Position numbers and translations under genes: made by a program
Source of the DNA: Alphaproteobacteria bacterium
GTDB lineage: Bacteria; Pseudomonadota; Alphaproteobacteria; SHVV01
Direction of reading: 5' to 3'
NCBI GenBank assembly: GCA_965247665.1
Contig: CBDFHH010000002.1
Span: 132,261 to 196,260, forward strand
DNA: 64,000 bases
In this document: in pieces, positions 1-11,564 of the stretch
Position numbering within the stretch: position 1 is the stretch's first letter
Layout: each line of letters starts with the position of its first letter
Notes under the pieces: model-generated
The model's input: the letters and a program-made list of their open reading frames with translations, nothing else
What the model was told of the DNA's origin: nothing
Database searches by the model: none

Positions 1-1
1 G

Positions 2-3000
2 GGCCTTCATTGGGCCTACGGCATCGACGGCCCCGCCCAGGGACACCACTACGTCGATTATCGAACCGGTGAGGTGACCGCCTCCGAAAGTGCGTACGAA
101 CATCCCCAACCGCACGCCTGCTTCATCCAGAGCGTAGGCGATGATCTCGTCAACGACGGCGGCATCATGGACCTATGGGTGCGCGAAGCACGTTTGTTCA
201 AATACGGTTCAGGAACCGGATCGAACTTCTCGTACATCCGCGGCGAAGGCGAGCGGTTGTCGGGCGGGGGACGGTCGTCCGGCCTGATGAGCTTTCTCAA
301 GATCGGTGACCGGGCCGCCGGCGCCATCAAATCGGGCGGCACCACCCGCCGCGCCGCCAAGATGGTGGTGGTCGACATCGACCACCCCGACATCGAGGAT
401 TTCATCAACTGGAAAACGATCGAAGAGCAGAAGGTCGCAGCGATGGTCGCCGGATCGAAGCTCTGCAGCCAGCACCTCAACGCCGTCATTCGGGCGTGCC
501 ACGCGCTGGCCGGGCCGTCTCGCTTTACGCCGTCCGACAATCCCGAACTCAAAAAGGCGATCGGCAAGGCCCGCAAGGCTATGATCCCGGAGAACTATAT
601 CGGGCGGGTCATTCAGTTCGCGCAGCAGGGCTTTACGGAAATCGTTTTCCCCGCGTACGACATTGATTGGGACGGAGAAGCGTATCTCACCGTATCCGGG
701 CAAAACGCCAACAACTCGGTCCGGGTGACCAATGATTTCGTTCGCACGGTGCTCGACGATGGCGAATGGGAGCTTATCCGGCGCACCGACGGCAAAGTCG
801 CCAAGCGCATCAAGGCCAGCGAGCTGTGGGACCAGATCGGCTACGCCGCGTGGGCTTCGGCTGATCCGGGGGTCCAATTTCACACCACGATCAACGACTG
901 GCACACCTGCCCGAGCGGCGGCGAAATTCGTGCTTCGAACCCATGCTCCGAGTACATGTTCCTGGATGACACGGCGTGCAATCTTGCCTCGCTCAACCTG
1001 ATGACCTTTCGGCGGCAAGGCGGCAGCTTCGATGTCGCCGCCTTCGAATATGCGGTTCGCCTGTGGACTCTCGTGCTCGAGATCTCCGTGCTGATGGCGC
1101 AGTTTCCGTCGCGTCGCATCGCTGAGCTGTCGTACGAGTACCGTACGCTTGGTCTCGGCTACGCCAACATCGGCGCGTTGCTGATGGCATCCGGCATCCC
1201 CTACGACAGCGCGGAAGGCCGGGCGACGTGCGGCGCGATCACCGCGACCATGTGCGGTATCAGCTACGCCACATCGGCGGAGATGGCAGGCCAGCTCGGC
1301 GCCTTCCCCCGCTACGACGAGAATCGCGAGACGATGCTGCGGGTGATGCGCAACCATCGACGCGCCGCCTACGGTGAAACCGACGGCTATGAAGAACTCG
1401 CGGTCGATCCGGTTCCGCTCGACGCCATAGCCTGCCCCGACCCGGCATTGTCGGCGGCCGCAGCGCGGGCGTGGGATCTGGCCGTGAATGAAGGCGAGAA
1501 GCACGGCTACCGCAACGCGCAGACCACGGTGATTGCCCCGACCGGTACGATCGGCTTGGTTATGGATTGCGACACCACCGGAATCGAGCCGGATTTCGCG
1601 ATCGTCAAGTATAAGAAGCTCGCGGGCGGCGGCTACTTCCGCATCATCAATCGCACCGTTCCCGAGGCCCTTGAAAGGCTGGGCTACGACGCCGATCAGA
1701 TCCGCGATATCGCCCGTTATACGCTGGGACACGGCTCGCTCGACAAGGCGCCGGGGATCGACTACGAGGCACTGGTCGATCGCGGGTTCACGGAAGAGAC
1801 GCTCATCAAACTCGAAGAGGCCCTGAAGAGCGCGTTCGATATCAAATTCGCGTTCAACAAATGGACGCTCGGCGAAGCTTTCTGCACAGATGCGCTCGGC
1901 TTCGACGCCGCAGCTCTCGACGATCCCGACTTTGACATGCTCGTGGAACTCGGCTTTCCCAAAGCCGATATCGAGGCCGCGAATCTCCATTGCTGCGGTG
2001 CCATGACGCTGGAAGGTGCCCCGCATCTGAAGCCGGAACACCTCGCCGTGTTTGATTGCGCGACGCCGTGCGGACGCAGCGGCACCCGCTATCTATCGAG
2101 CGAAAGCCACATCCGGATGATGGCCACGGCGCAGCCCTTCATCTCGGGCGCGATCTCGAAAACCATCAATATGACGAATCGTGCGACAGTGGAGGATTGC
2201 AAAAGCGCCTATTTCCTCGCCTGGAGTCTTGGCCTCAAAGCTATCGCCCTCTACCGCGACGGTTCGAAGCTGTCGCAGCCCCTCGCAGCTCTGAAGCTCG
2301 ACGATGACGAAGAACTCGATACGGAGGAGATCAGCGACGCGCCCACAGCGGTCAAAGCGCAGGTTTTAGCCACCGCACTGGCGCGCGAGTTGGCCGAGCG
2401 TGGCGTACGCCGGCGGCTCCCGCAAAGGCGTAAGGGCTACACGCAGAAGGCGGTGGTTGGCGGGCACAAGGTCTATCTCCGCACCGGCGAGTTCGAGGAC
2501 GGCAATCTCGGCGAGATTTTTATCGACATGCACAAGGAGGGCTCCGCCTTCCGGAGCCTAATGGACAGTTTCGCGATCTCGATCAGCCTCGGTCTGCAAT
2601 ACGGCGTCCCGCTTGAGGAATATGTCGAGGCCTACACGTTTACGCGCTTCGAGCCGGCTGGAATGGTCGAGGGCAACGACGCCATCAAGATGGCAACTTC
2701 GGTGCTTGATTATCTGTTCCGCGAGCTCGCGGTCTCCTATCTCGGGCGCAACGATCTCGCCCATGTCGAGCCGGACGATCTGCGCCATGACGCGCTCGGC
2801 ACCGGCATCGATGAGCGCCCGGCCGGTCCCGCGCTCAGCGCCGCCGAAGGCGATTCCTTTGCCGCGATGATGGGCGTGGCCAGCAACGGATATATCCGAA
2901 CAAACCTCTATGTCGTGAACGGGGATGGCCCGTCCACCACCGAAACCACCGCTTCGGCCCCTGCCGAAGCCGTGGCCGCCGCCGTCGCACCTGATTCCGG

Positions 3001-3193
3001 CGGTGGCGTCGCGGCTGCTGTTGTCACGGCAGCGGCCGCCGGCGCGAGCGACAGTGTGGCCAAACGCATCCGCGAGGCGCGGATGAAAGGCTACGAGGGC
3101 GACGCTTGCAATGAGTGTGGCAACTTTACGTTGGTTCGCAGCGGCACGTGTCTCAAGTGCGGGACCTGCGGCTCGACCAGCGGCTGTTCGTGA
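2..3193 (+). CDS. nrdJ: Vitamin B12-dependent (class II) ribonucleotide reductase, 5' end outside window
   Basis: Frame open from base 2 ([11 protein letters not shown]); [14 protein letters not shown] catalytic loop, [25 protein letters not shown]-terminal TSCPD-like domain and CxxC..CxxC tail. Confidence 0.96.
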   Translation, partial: GLHWAYGIDGPAQGHHYVDYRTGEVTASESAYEHPQPHACFIQSVGDDLVNDGGIMDLWVREARLFKYGSGTGSNFSYIRGEGERLSGGGRSSGLMSFLKIGDRAAGAIKSGGTTRRAAKMVVVDIDHPDIEDFINWKTIEEQKVAAMVAGSKLCSQHLNAVIRACHALAGPSRFTPSDNPELKKAIGKARKAMIPENYIGRVIQFAQQGFTEIVFPAYDIDWDGEAYLTVSGQNANNSVRVTNDFVRTVLDDGEWELIRRTDGKVAKRIKASELWDQIGYAAWASADPGVQFHTTINDWHTCPSGGEIRASNPCSEYMFLDDTACNLASLNLMTFRRQGGSFDVAAFEYAVRLWTLVLEISVLMAQFPSRRIAELSYEYRTLGLGYANIGALLMASGIPYDSAEGRATCGAITATMCGISYATSAEMAGQLGAFPRYDENRETMLRVMRNHRRAAYGETDGYEELAVDPVPLDAIACPDPALSAAAARAWDLAVNEGEKHGYRNAQTTVIAPTGTIGLVMDCDTTGIEPDFAIVKYKKLAGGGYFRIINRTVPEALERLGYDADQIRDIARYTLGHGSLDKAPGIDYEALVDRGFTEETLIKLEEALKSAFDIKFAFNKWTLGEAFCTDALGFDAAALDDPDFDMLVELGFPKADIEAANLHCCGAMTLEGAPHLKPEHLAVFDCATPCGRSGTRYLSSESHIRMMATAQPFISGAISKTINMTNRATVEDCKSAYFLAWSLGLKAIALYRDGSKLSQPLAALKLDDDEELDTEEISDAPTAVKAQVLATALARELAERGVRRRLPQRRKGYTQKAVVGGHKVYLRTGEFEDGNLGEIFIDMHKEGSAFRSLMDSFAISISLGLQYGVPLEEYVEAYTFTRFEPAGMVEGNDAIKMATSVLDYLFRELAVSYLGRNDLAHVEPDDLRHDALGTGIDERPAGPALSAAEGDSFAAMMGVASNGYIRTNLYVVNGDGPSTTETTASAPAEAVAAAVAPDSGGGVAAAVVTAAAAGASDSVAKRIREARMKGYEGDACNECGNFTLVRSGTCLKCGTCGSTSGCS

Positions 3194-3204
3194 GCGCGTT
3201 GTTA

Positions 3205-3274
3205 TGAGTACCGCTTAGTAAGCATTGGTAGTCCTCCCTGCTAAACTTGGGGCGCTTTGGCGCCCCTCTTTTTT
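3205..3274 (+). ncRNA. Candidate suhB/alpha-r8 (MmgR-like) small RNA with intrinsic terminator
   Basis: TCCTCCCT (3232-3239), then AAACTT, then hairpin GGGGCGC/GCGCCCC (3249-3266) and T tract; 5' end uncertain. Confidence 0.55.
3249..3274 (+). terminator. Rho-independent terminator downstream of nrdJ
   Basis: GGGGCGC-TTTG-GCGCCCC followed by TCTTTTTT. Confidence 0.8.
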
Positions 3275-3338
3275 GGTGTGAGGAACCACCAAGAGGGCGT
3301 TGAATTACATCAGTATTTTATTTAACGCAAGTGGAAAA

Positions 3339-5126
3339 CTACTCCGCCGTCCGGGGCGCGTCCGGTTGTACCACGCGTAGGTGAAGTTCGCGCAGGTGGC
3401 GGGGATCCACTTCCGACGGTGCGCCCATCATCAGATCCTCAGCTTGCTGGTTCATCGGGAACATGATGACCTCGCGGATGTTCGGTTCATCAGCGATCAG
3501 CCGAACGATGCGGTCGATACCGGGCGCCAGGCCACCATGCGGCGGCGCGCCGTAACTCAACCCATGCAACATACCCGAGAATTTCGTCTCGACGTCTTCC
3601 CGCGAATAGCCCGCAATCTCGAATGCTTTGAACATGATCTCGGGCATGTGGTTGCGGATCGCGCCGCTCGACAACTCGACGCCGTCGCATATCACGTCGT
3701 ATTGGTAGCTTTTGATGGTCAGCGGGTCGTCCGCTCGCAGCGCATCGAGGCCGCCTTGCGGCATCGAGAAGGGGTTGTGGCTAAAGTCGATTTTGCGCTC
3801 GTTCTCGTCAAACTCGAACATCGGAAAATCGACCACCCAACAGAAGCGGTAGACCGAGCGATCGATCAGCTCGAGTTCCTCGGCTATGCGGGTGCGCGCG
3901 CGACCGGCGAGATCGGCGGCAACCGAGGCCTTGGCGGTTGCGAAGAATACGGCGTCGCCGGCGCCGACACCGACAGCGCCGCGGATCTGCGCCAACCGTT
4001 GCTCGTCGAGCTGCTTGGCGATCGGCCCCTTGGCTTCGTCGCCGTCAAAGACGATGTAGCCGAGCCCCGCATATCCCTCCTCACGCGCCCAATCGTTCAT
4101 TTTATCGAAGAACGACCGCGGCCTGGCGGCCGCACCGGGTGCGGGGATGGCCCGCACGACCGCGCCCCCTTCAATCGCACCGGCGAAGATCTTGAAGTTC
4201 GAGCCGGCGAACGCCTCCGTGGTATCGCCGATCTCGAGCGGGTTACGCAGGTCGGGCTTGTCGGTGCCGTACTTTAACATCGCGTCGTCGTAGCGAACGC
4301 GCGGAAACGGAAACGGCGCGACCGGATGCACGCCGAACTCCTCAAAGACCCCGTGCAGCACGGGCTCGACGGCCGCAAACACATCCTCTTGAGTGACGAA
4401 CGACATTTCGAGATCGAGTTGGTAGAACTCGCCGGGCGAACGATCGGCACGCGCGTCCTCGTCGCGAAAACACGGGGCAATCTGAAAATAGCGGTCGAAA
4501 CCGGCGCTCATGATGAGCTGTTTGAACTGCTGCGGCGCTTGTGGGAGGGCGTAGAACTTGCCCGGGTGAATCCGACACGGAACCAGGAAATCCCGAGCCC
4601 CTTCCGGGGAACTCGCGGTGAGGATCGGTGTCTGAAATTCGGTAAACCCCTGCTCGACCATGCGCCGCCGGATGCTGGCGATAACCTCGGCCCGCAGCAT
4701 GATGTTGCGGTGCATCTGCTCGCGCCGGAGATCGAGGAAACGATAGCGAAGCCGGATATCCTCGGGATATTCCTGCCCACCGAACACCGGCATCGGCAGT
4801 TCCGCAGCGACGGATTGAACCGTCAGCTGGCGGATTCGCAACTCGACATGGCCGGTCGGGATAGATTCGTTGATCGTGTCCTCGCTGCGCTCGACCACGT
4901 GACCGGTCACCGTGATAACGCTCTCCGAGCGCAGAGCTTCGACCGCTTCAAATGTGTCTTCCTCGGTCTCAACCACGCATTGGGTGATGCCGTAGTGGTC
5001 GCGGAGGTCGACGAAAAGCAAATTGCCATGGTCACGCTTGCGGTGGACCCAACCGGAGAGGCGGGCGGCTTGACCGACATGGTCGCGGCGCAATTCGCCG
5101 CAGGTGTGGGTTCGGTATGCGTGCAT
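3339..5126 (-). CDS. aspS: Aspartate--tRNA ligase
   Basis: [12 protein letters not shown] start, [38 protein letters not shown]; start moved to ATG 5126. Confidence 0.97.
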   Translation of the reverse strand: MHAYRTHTCGELRRDHVGQAARLSGWVHRKRDHGNLLFVDLRDHYGITQCVVETEEDTFEAVEALRSESVITVTGHVVERSEDTINESIPTGHVELRIRQLTVQSVAAELPMPVFGGQEYPEDIRLRYRFLDLRREQMHRNIMLRAEVIASIRRRMVEQGFTEFQTPILTASSPEGARDFLVPCRIHPGKFYALPQAPQQFKQLIMSAGFDRYFQIAPCFRDEDARADRSPGEFYQLDLEMSFVTQEDVFAAVEPVLHGVFEEFGVHPVAPFPFPRVRYDDAMLKYGTDKPDLRNPLEIGDTTEAFAGSNFKIFAGAIEGGAVVRAIPAPGAAARPRSFFDKMNDWAREEGYAGLGYIVFDGDEAKGPIAKQLDEQRLAQIRGAVGVGAGDAVFFATAKASVAADLAGRARTRIAEELELIDRSVYRFCWVVDFPMFEFDENERKIDFSHNPFSMPQGGLDALRADDPLTIKSYQYDVICDGVELSSGAIRNHMPEIMFKAFEIAGYSREDVETKFSGMLHGLSYGAPPHGGLAPGIDRIVRLIADEPNIREVIMFPMNQQAEDLMMGAPSEVDPRHLRELHLRVVQPDAPRTAE

Positions 5127-5298
5127 GCTCGCTCCTCGCGGTCGGCGATGGCATGTCGCGCGACCGATTCTCGACCTGGACCGATCGGATAGTCGTGCGA
5201 TCCGTCCGCGATCGGCGGCCGGCAAAACCGCATTTTCGGGCCGTGTTGTCAAGCGCGCCGATAGCCGCCAGCAGCACCCTTCGTGTATAGACAAGGCG

Positions 5299-6453
5299 AT
5301 GCACATTATCAAAACCAACGACGCGCTCGCGGAGGCGTGCGAGCGGTTCGCGCGCCAGCCCTACATCGCTGTCGACACCGAATTCATGCGCGAATCCACC
5401 TACTGGGCGCGCTTATGCTTGGTTCAAATCGCCGGCGGCGGTGAAGCGTCGGCGATCGATCCGCTTGCCGACGGCATCGATCTCGGCCCGTTTTACGAGC
5501 TCCTGACCAACACCGACATCGTCAAGGTATTCCACGCTGCCCGGCAGGATCTTGAAATCTTCCATCACGAGCGCGGAGTGGTTCCCGCCCCCCTGTTCGA
5601 TACCCAGGTCGCGGCGATGGTCTGCGGCTTCGGTGATTCGGTTGGATACGAAAAGCTGGTCCGCGAACTCACCGGCGCTCGCATCGACAAGTCGTCACGG
5701 TTCACCGATTGGGCACGGCGTCCGTTGAGCCGTCGGCAGATCGATTACGCGCTGTCCGACGTGGTGCATCTGTGCCGGGTGTTCGAAGAGCTTCTCGCGA
5801 AGCTGAAGCGATCGGGGCGTGAAAGCTGGCTCAACGAGGAAATGGCCGTCCTCGCGGATCCCGACACCTACGAACCGCCGCTCGAAGATGCGTGGCGGCG
5901 AATAAAGACTCGCAACCGGGGCGGGCGGTTCCTCGCCATCCTCAAGGAACTCGCGGCCTGGCGCGACAGCAATGCCCAACAGCGCGACCGTCCGCGCAAC
6001 CGAATCCTTCGCGACGAAGTGCTGCTTGCGATTACCGCGGACGCACCGCGCTCTATCGAGGAACTCAAGCGGGTGCGGTCTTTCCCGCGCGGGGTGGCAG
6101 ATCAAAGCGAAGCCAACGACATTCTCGAAGCGGTCGAACGTGGTCTGGACGTCGATGAAAACGAGCTGCCTCGATGGGAGCCGCGCAAGGCATTGCCGCG
6201 CGGTTCCGCGGCATTGGTCGAGCTTCTTCGCGCGCTACTGAAAATGAAGAGCGAACACCACGATGTCGCCCAAAAACTGATCGCCAGCGCTGAAGACCTT
6301 GAGAGCATTGCGCTCGCCAACGGCGAAGCTGACATTCCGGCGCTCCATGGCTGGCGCCGAGAATTGTTCGGCGAGGATGCCTTGGCGCTCAAACGCGGCG
6401 ACGTCGCGCTGACCGTCAGGGACGGGCGTCTCGTTGTGGTCCCCTTGACCTAG
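5299..6453 (+). CDS. rnd: Ribonuclease D
   Basis: [32 protein letters not shown] motifs plus HRDC region; divergent from aspS. Confidence 0.95.
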   Translation: MHIIKTNDALAEACERFARQPYIAVDTEFMRESTYWARLCLVQIAGGGEASAIDPLADGIDLGPFYELLTNTDIVKVFHAARQDLEIFHHERGVVPAPLFDTQVAAMVCGFGDSVGYEKLVRELTGARIDKSSRFTDWARRPLSRRQIDYALSDVVHLCRVFEELLAKLKRSGRESWLNEEMAVLADPDTYEPPLEDAWRRIKTRNRGGRFLAILKELAAWRDSNAQQRDRPRNRILRDEVLLAITADAPRSIEELKRVRSFPRGVADQSEANDILEAVERGLDVDENELPRWEPRKALPRGSAALVELLRALLKMKSEHHDVAQKLIASAEDLESIALANGEADIPALHGWRRELFGEDALALKRGDVALTVRDGRLVVVPLT

Positions 6454-6459
6454 ACCGGC

Positions 6460-7977
6460 TCAGGTCGCTCTCAGCTTTTCTTCGATGATAACGATCGTTC
6501 GCCCGATAACGCGCGCCAGCGATTCGAAACGACGCGCCACCAGGTCGCTGTACAGGACCCGGCCCTTGTCGCTCAGCGCGAGCGTGATCCGGTGCTCGTT
6601 CAAGTAGAGACTGCCTACATCTTTGAGGTGGGTGCCATCCGCAGCGATAACGGAAGCAAACCTCAGCGCAGCCCCTAATGCATGGGCGTCGGCAACGGTC
6701 CGATCATCGACCAAACGACGGAAGCGGGTACTCACGCCGGCGGCGATCTCGCCGCCGTAGCGCGCATACATTGCCAGTCCAAGAAAGATCCGGCCGGGAT
6801 GGTCGATGCCGACGAACGGCGCACGAATCACTTGGGTCAACGCTTCGTCGGCACGATAGTCGGGATGGGTGCGCCAGGCTATATCACGCAATTCACACGC
6901 GGCGCGATAGAGACGCGCGCGATCTGCTGCCGCATCCTCGAACAGCGGTCGAAGCCAGTTCCATAGGGCTTCGCCATCGTCCAATCCGCGACCGTCACGG
7001 CGCCTGAGTTGGAGACACGCCGCAAGAAGCGGATCTTCGTTACGATCCGCTTGCGACAGACGGTCAAACAGCAGACCTTCGCGCACACCGAATGCCGAAA
7101 AGATGACGTCCCGCGGTTGCGCGAGTCGCAACAGACGAAGCATCGTTGTCGCTGTCGCCGGGAGGCTGTCGAGGCGGCGACGGGGCACACTGACGATGCC
7201 GCTCAGCGACTGACGACTCATGCGCGCGATCAAGGCGGTCAGTTCCTCGGCGGTGACGCGACTCATGCGGTAATTGTGAACGATACTCAAAGGATATTTG
7301 TTCTGGGCGATATGCAGCCGGGCCAGAGCACGCCAGCTGCCGCCGACGGCAAACAGTGTTCGGCCCTTAACGGCGCTCAACCACTCGACCTCGGTCAGCG
7401 CCGCATCGATCTCGCGCTTCAGCTTGCGGCCCTGCGCGGAGCCGAGACGTAGCGAACCCAGCGGCAGGGTGGCACTGCGACGCGGTTCGCCCGCGTCGAG
7501 TTCAACCAGCTCGAGGCTGCCGCCACCAAGGTCGCCCACCACCCCGTCCGCACCCGGGTTTCCGCTCACCACGCCCAGAGCTGAAACGCGGGCTTCCTCA
7601 TTTCCATCGAGGACGCGAACCGAAAGCCCGAGCTCGGCGTCGAGCCGATCGACGAAACTGGCGCCGTCCCGAGCATCGCGGACGGCAGCGGTCGCGACGG
7701 TGCCAATCAGCGTCGCGCGGAGGTCAGCAACAATGGTTTGAAACCGCCGCAGGGTCCCGATCGCGAGGCTGACGCCGTCGCAATCGAGGTTCCCAGTGTC
7801 GGCGATCGACCGGCCCAGGCCGCACAACACCCGTTCGTTGAACACCGGCGCAGGCGCGCGATGAAGCCCGTCATAGACGACCAGGCGCACCGAGTTAGAC
7901 CCGATGTCGATCACCCCGACATGCTCGGGCGCGGCTTCCTGCGGAACGGAAGCAGCGTGGGGCGAAGCCAGCGTCAC
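6460..7977 (-). CDS. ppx: Ppx/GppA family exopolyphosphatase
   Basis: IDIGSNSVRL, ATAAVRDA, EEA, DLGGGSLE, GVREG; directly downstream of ppk1. Confidence 0.92.
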   Translation of the reverse strand: MTLASPHAASVPQEAAPEHVGVIDIGSNSVRLVVYDGLHRAPAPVFNERVLCGLGRSIADTGNLDCDGVSLAIGTLRRFQTIVADLRATLIGTVATAAVRDARDGASFVDRLDAELGLSVRVLDGNEEARVSALGVVSGNPGADGVVGDLGGGSLELVELDAGEPRRSATLPLGSLRLGSAQGRKLKREIDAALTEVEWLSAVKGRTLFAVGGSWRALARLHIAQNKYPLSIVHNYRMSRVTAEELTALIARMSRQSLSGIVSVPRRRLDSLPATATTMLRLLRLAQPRDVIFSAFGVREGLLFDRLSQADRNEDPLLAACLQLRRRDGRGLDDGEALWNWLRPLFEDAAADRARLYRAACELRDIAWRTHPDYRADEALTQVIRAPFVGIDHPGRIFLGLAMYARYGGEIAAGVSTRFRRLVDDRTVADAHALGAALRFASVIAADGTHLKDVGSLYLNEHRITLALSDKGRVLYSDLVARRFESLARVIGRTIVIIEEKLRAT

Positions 7978-7980
7978 GTT

Positions 7981-10161
7981 CTATAGGTTGTCGAGATGCA
8001 CGACTTTGGGTGGTCCAGACTCGCGAAGTGCTTTGCCGCGACCGGACAGACTGGGATTGATCATGAAGTATTCAAACGCGTTGCAGTCATCCACGCTAGA
8101 TAGTTCGCGGGTATAGGTACCGTCCGGGTTCATATTCCAGCTTTGCTGGAGGTCTTTGAGATTGGTTACCATGATTTGCTCGAGCACCTGCTCGTGCACG
8201 GTCGGGTTTTCGATTGGAATCAGCAACTCGACTCGGCGATCAAGATTGCGCGGCATCCAATCGGCCGAGGTAATGAAGACCTTGGCGTCAGACGATGGCA
8301 GTTCGAATCCGGCGCCGAAGCACACGATCCGCGAATGTTCGAGGAAACGGCCAACGATGCTCTTCACGCGAATGTTCTCGGATAAACCGGGCACGCTCGG
8401 GCGCAAACAACAGACGCCGCGGACAACCAGTTCGACCTGGACTCCCGACCGCGATGCGCCGTACAGAGCGTCGATGATTCCAGGATCCACCAACGAATTC
8501 AACTTGGCCCAAATCGCCGCCGGGCGACCGGCTTTGGCATGCTCGATCTCATCATTGATCAATTCGACCAGGGTCTCGCGCAGATTGAGAGGAGAGACAG
8601 CGATCTTCTCGAAACTCTCGGGCCGTGCGTAGCCCGTGAGAAAGTTGAACAGTAGCGATGCGTCGCGGCAGAGAGCCTGGTTCGCGGTAAAAAACGATAG
8701 ATCCGTATAGATCTTCGCCGTCACCGGGTGATAGTTGCCGGTACCGAAATGGCCGTAGCTGCGCAACTCTCCCCCTTCACGCCGAACCACCAAGGAAACC
8801 TTGGCATGAGTCTTGAGGTGGACGAATCCAAACACGACCTGGACGCCCGCGCGCTCCATGTCGCGGGCCCAACGGATGTTGGCCTCTTCATCGAAACGGG
8901 CTTTGAGCTCGACGAGTGCGGTTACCGATTTGCCTGCCTCGGCCGCTTCGATCAGTGCCTCTACGATCGGCGAGTCGTCGCTGGTGCGATAAAGCGTCTG
9001 TTTGATCGCGACGACATCGGGATCGTTGGTGGCTTGCCGGATGAATTGAACAACGACGTCGAAGCTTTCATACGGATGGTGGACGATGATGTCCTTTATC
9101 CCGATCGCGGCAAAGCAGTCGCCGCCAAAGTCACGGATCCGTTCCGGAAACCGTGGAATGTAGGCCGGGAACACAAGCTCGGCGCTGCGGTTGTCGATCA
9201 GCTGGTTGGTATCGGAAAGGCCCAATAGGCCCTCCACGACGGTGATGTTTGCGTCATCGGCCTCCAGGTTGTCGATGACGAATCGCTGCAAATGTGGCGG
9301 CGTCGCAGCGTCGAATTTGAGCCGGATAACGCTCCCGCGGCGGCGGCGCTTGAGCGCGGTCTCGAACAGGCGTACGAGGTCGTCCGCCTCCTCCTCGATC
9401 TCGAGGTCGCTGTCTCGGATGATACGGAACAGACCGCGGGAAACAACGCGATAGTTGGGGAACAGCTTGTCGAAAAACAGTTGGATCGTGTTCTCGACCG
9501 TGATGTAGCGGTCTGGACTGCCAGGTAGTTTGACGAAACGATCGATTTGCGGCGGCACCCGCACGAGCGCGTTGCGGGGCGTTGCATCGTGGCGGTGAGC
9601 GATTTCGAGCACCACGCCAAAACCGAAATTCGGGATAAAAGGAAACGGATGCGCCGGGTCGATCGCCAGGGGTGTGAGAACGGGAAAGATATATTTGAGG
9701 AAGTGCCGTTCCAGCCAATGTCTGTCGGCGTCGCTCATGTCGCGCGTGTCGACGACCGTCGTTCCCGCCTCCGCGAGCTCCCGCCGCAAGCTGCGCCAAG
9801 CCTCCTGCTGACGCTCGATCAGCTTGGTCGCCGCATGAACCACGCGCTCCAGCTGCTTGTCGGGAGTTAGTCCATCGAAGCTTCGCTGCTGCACCCCGGC
9901 CTGCACCTGACCATGCAGCCCGGCAACTCGGACCATATAGAATTCGTCGAGATTATTCGCCGAGATAGCGAGGAATCGAAGCCGTTCGAATATAGGATGC
10001 CGGGGGTTGCCGGATTCCTCGAGCACGCGCTCGTTGAACGCGAGCCACGAAAGTTCGCGATTGATGAACCGTTCGGGTGAGGTCGGCGAAAACTTGGCGG
10101 AATCGACGTGATCGACGGTGGTCGCAACTGGTGTCGCGACGCCGGTCGCTTCGGCGCTCAT
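7981..10161 (-). CDS. ppk1: Polyphosphate kinase 1
   Basis: [60 protein letters not shown]. Confidence 0.97.
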   Translation of the reverse strand: MSAEATGVATPVATTVDHVDSAKFSPTSPERFINRELSWLAFNERVLEESGNPRHPIFERLRFLAISANNLDEFYMVRVAGLHGQVQAGVQQRSFDGLTPDKQLERVVHAATKLIERQQEAWRSLRRELAEAGTTVVDTRDMSDADRHWLERHFLKYIFPVLTPLAIDPAHPFPFIPNFGFGVVLEIAHRHDATPRNALVRVPPQIDRFVKLPGSPDRYITVENTIQLFFDKLFPNYRVVSRGLFRIIRDSDLEIEEEADDLVRLFETALKRRRRGSVIRLKFDAATPPHLQRFVIDNLEADDANITVVEGLLGLSDTNQLIDNRSAELVFPAYIPRFPERIRDFGGDCFAAIGIKDIIVHHPYESFDVVVQFIRQATNDPDVVAIKQTLYRTSDDSPIVEALIEAAEAGKSVTALVELKARFDEEANIRWARDMERAGVQVVFGFVHLKTHAKVSLVVRREGGELRSYGHFGTGNYHPVTAKIYTDLSFFTANQALCRDASLLFNFLTGYARPESFEKIAVSPLNLRETLVELINDEIEHAKAGRPAAIWAKLNSLVDPGIIDALYGASRSGVQVELVVRGVCCLRPSVPGLSENIRVKSIVGRFLEHSRIVCFGAGFELPSSDAKVFITSADWMPRNLDRRVELLIPIENPTVHEQVLEQIMVTNLKDLQQSWNMNPDGTYTRELSSVDDCNAFEYFMINPSLSGRGKALRESGPPKVVHLDNL

Positions 10162-10264
10162 CTATCGTTCCCCGCTATTCGCCCGGTGCGTCAAATTGAT
10201 TATCTATACAATACAACGATATACGCGGAATTGTTAAACTGATATTATGGTTTGCTACGGGCAG

Positions 10265-10942
10265 CTAATCGATGCCCCCGAGAATATCCCGGACCAACGC
10301 GACCGTCACCTGACGCTTGCGCTGCAGCGCGGCGTGGTCGATGCGCCGAACCGTTCGCTTGGCGGCGGCGAACGATCGTTCCCCATGCCGCAGCATGTAG
10401 CCGATGATGTCCTGCCCGACAACGAGCTGGCGATCCGCGAACTGCTTGCGGAGGACCGCCGCCAGCAGCGCATCGTCCGGCTCCCGCAGCACCACCACGG
10501 GAAATGCCCGCATGCGCGAGGTCAAGTCGGCCAACGCGAACCGCAATCTAGCCGGTGCCGTCCGCGACGTGGCCAGCAGGAACCCCTGCGTTTCGCCGAG
10601 GAGGTTGATGATGTGGAGAAGCTCGGTCTCAACCGCTATCGAAACATCACCATCCAATCCCTCGACGACGACAGCGTTATCCGTTGCAACGACCGAATCG
10701 GCTGCTATCGAATCGAGATCGCTGTACGCCAGACGCCGGGCAGCGGTTTTTGATGCCCACACATTCGAAAGATGCGTTTTCCCAGACGCCGCAGGTCCGA
10801 TGATGATCGAGCCCACCGCGGGCCAATCGGGCCAGCGATCGATCCACGCGACCGCGTCGCGATTGGCGCCGGCGACAACGAAGTCTTCGCTGCCGAGGGC
10901 GGGCCGGTGTTCGAAGTCCAGCGCCAGTTGTCGTGCGGTCAC
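10265..10942 (-). CDS. hdaA: Hda/HdaA DnaA-family regulator
   Basis: QLALDF clamp-binding-like motif, GPAASGKTHL Walker A, DLTSR; GTG start 10942. Confidence 0.85.
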   Translation of the reverse strand: MTARQLALDFEHRPALGSEDFVVAGANRDAVAWIDRWPDWPAVGSIIIGPAASGKTHLSNVWASKTAARRLAYSDLDSIAADSVVATDNAVVVEGLDGDVSIAVETELLHIINLLGETQGFLLATSRTAPARLRFALADLTSRMRAFPVVVLREPDDALLAAVLRKQFADRQLVVGQDIIGYMLRHGERSFAAAKRTVRRIDHAALQRKRQVTVALVRDILGGID

Positions 10943-11000
10943 CGCGACCAACCGGGTCCGCCGCCGCCGCGGCGCGATCGGTCTCCGACCGACGCGAGAA

Positions 11001-11552
11001 TCACCGCGATGCCTCCCCTTCGACGTGGTTGCTCCGACGCAACCACGCGCCGAGGTAGTTTGCCCCTGAAATCGCCGTCGTCGCCGCGACCACGAAGATC
11101 CCGACTTCCGCCACGAGGTCGAGCGACAGATTGAACCCGACCTGGCCCAGGACAAAGCAGGCAAGGGCGATTTGGGCTGCGGTGTTGGCCTTGCTGATGC
11201 GCGCAGGTTTGAGAGATAGCGGCTGCGACAGGAGCGCGGATAGAAGCGTCCCGCCGACGATAAGCAAGTCGCGTGTCACCACCAGTAGAACCAGCCAGAT
11301 CGGCAGGTAGCCTTGCGAGCCCAGGGTAATGTAGACGCTAACCAGAAGCGTTTTATCGGCCAGCGGATCGAGATAGCGGCCGAGTTCGGTCGTTCGCCCG
11401 AAGCGCTTGGCGATAAAACCGTCCACGGCGTCCGACACGCCGGCCGCCACGAACACCCAAAAGGCCCCCTGGATCTCTCCGGCGATGATCAACCAGATCG
11501 TAACCGGCACGGCCAGAAGCCGGCCGAGGCTGATGGCGTTGGGAATATTCAT
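11001..11552 (-). CDS. CDP-alcohol phosphatidyltransferase
   Basis: MNIPNAIS, SDAVDGFIAKR..LGRYLDPLADK signature. Confidence 0.92.
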   Translation of the reverse strand: MNIPNAISLGRLLAVPVTIWLIIAGEIQGAFWVFVAAGVSDAVDGFIAKRFGRTTELGRYLDPLADKTLLVSVYITLGSQGYLPIWLVLLVVTRDLLIVGGTLLSALLSQPLSLKPARISKANTAAQIALACFVLGQVGFNLSLDLVAEVGIFVVAATTAISGANYLGAWLRRSNHVEGEASR

Positions 11553-11564
11553 GGGCACAAAGAG

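Noticed and set aside
209-2041. Long antisense ORFs (610 aa here; also 14797-16119, 36734-37966, 62162-63583)
   Set aside because: Shadow frames of GC-rich real genes with no recognisable motifs
6460-7977. Two Ppx/GppA paralogs in one window
   Set aside because: Both are normal core genes in their usual contexts (ppk1-linked and rlmE-linked)
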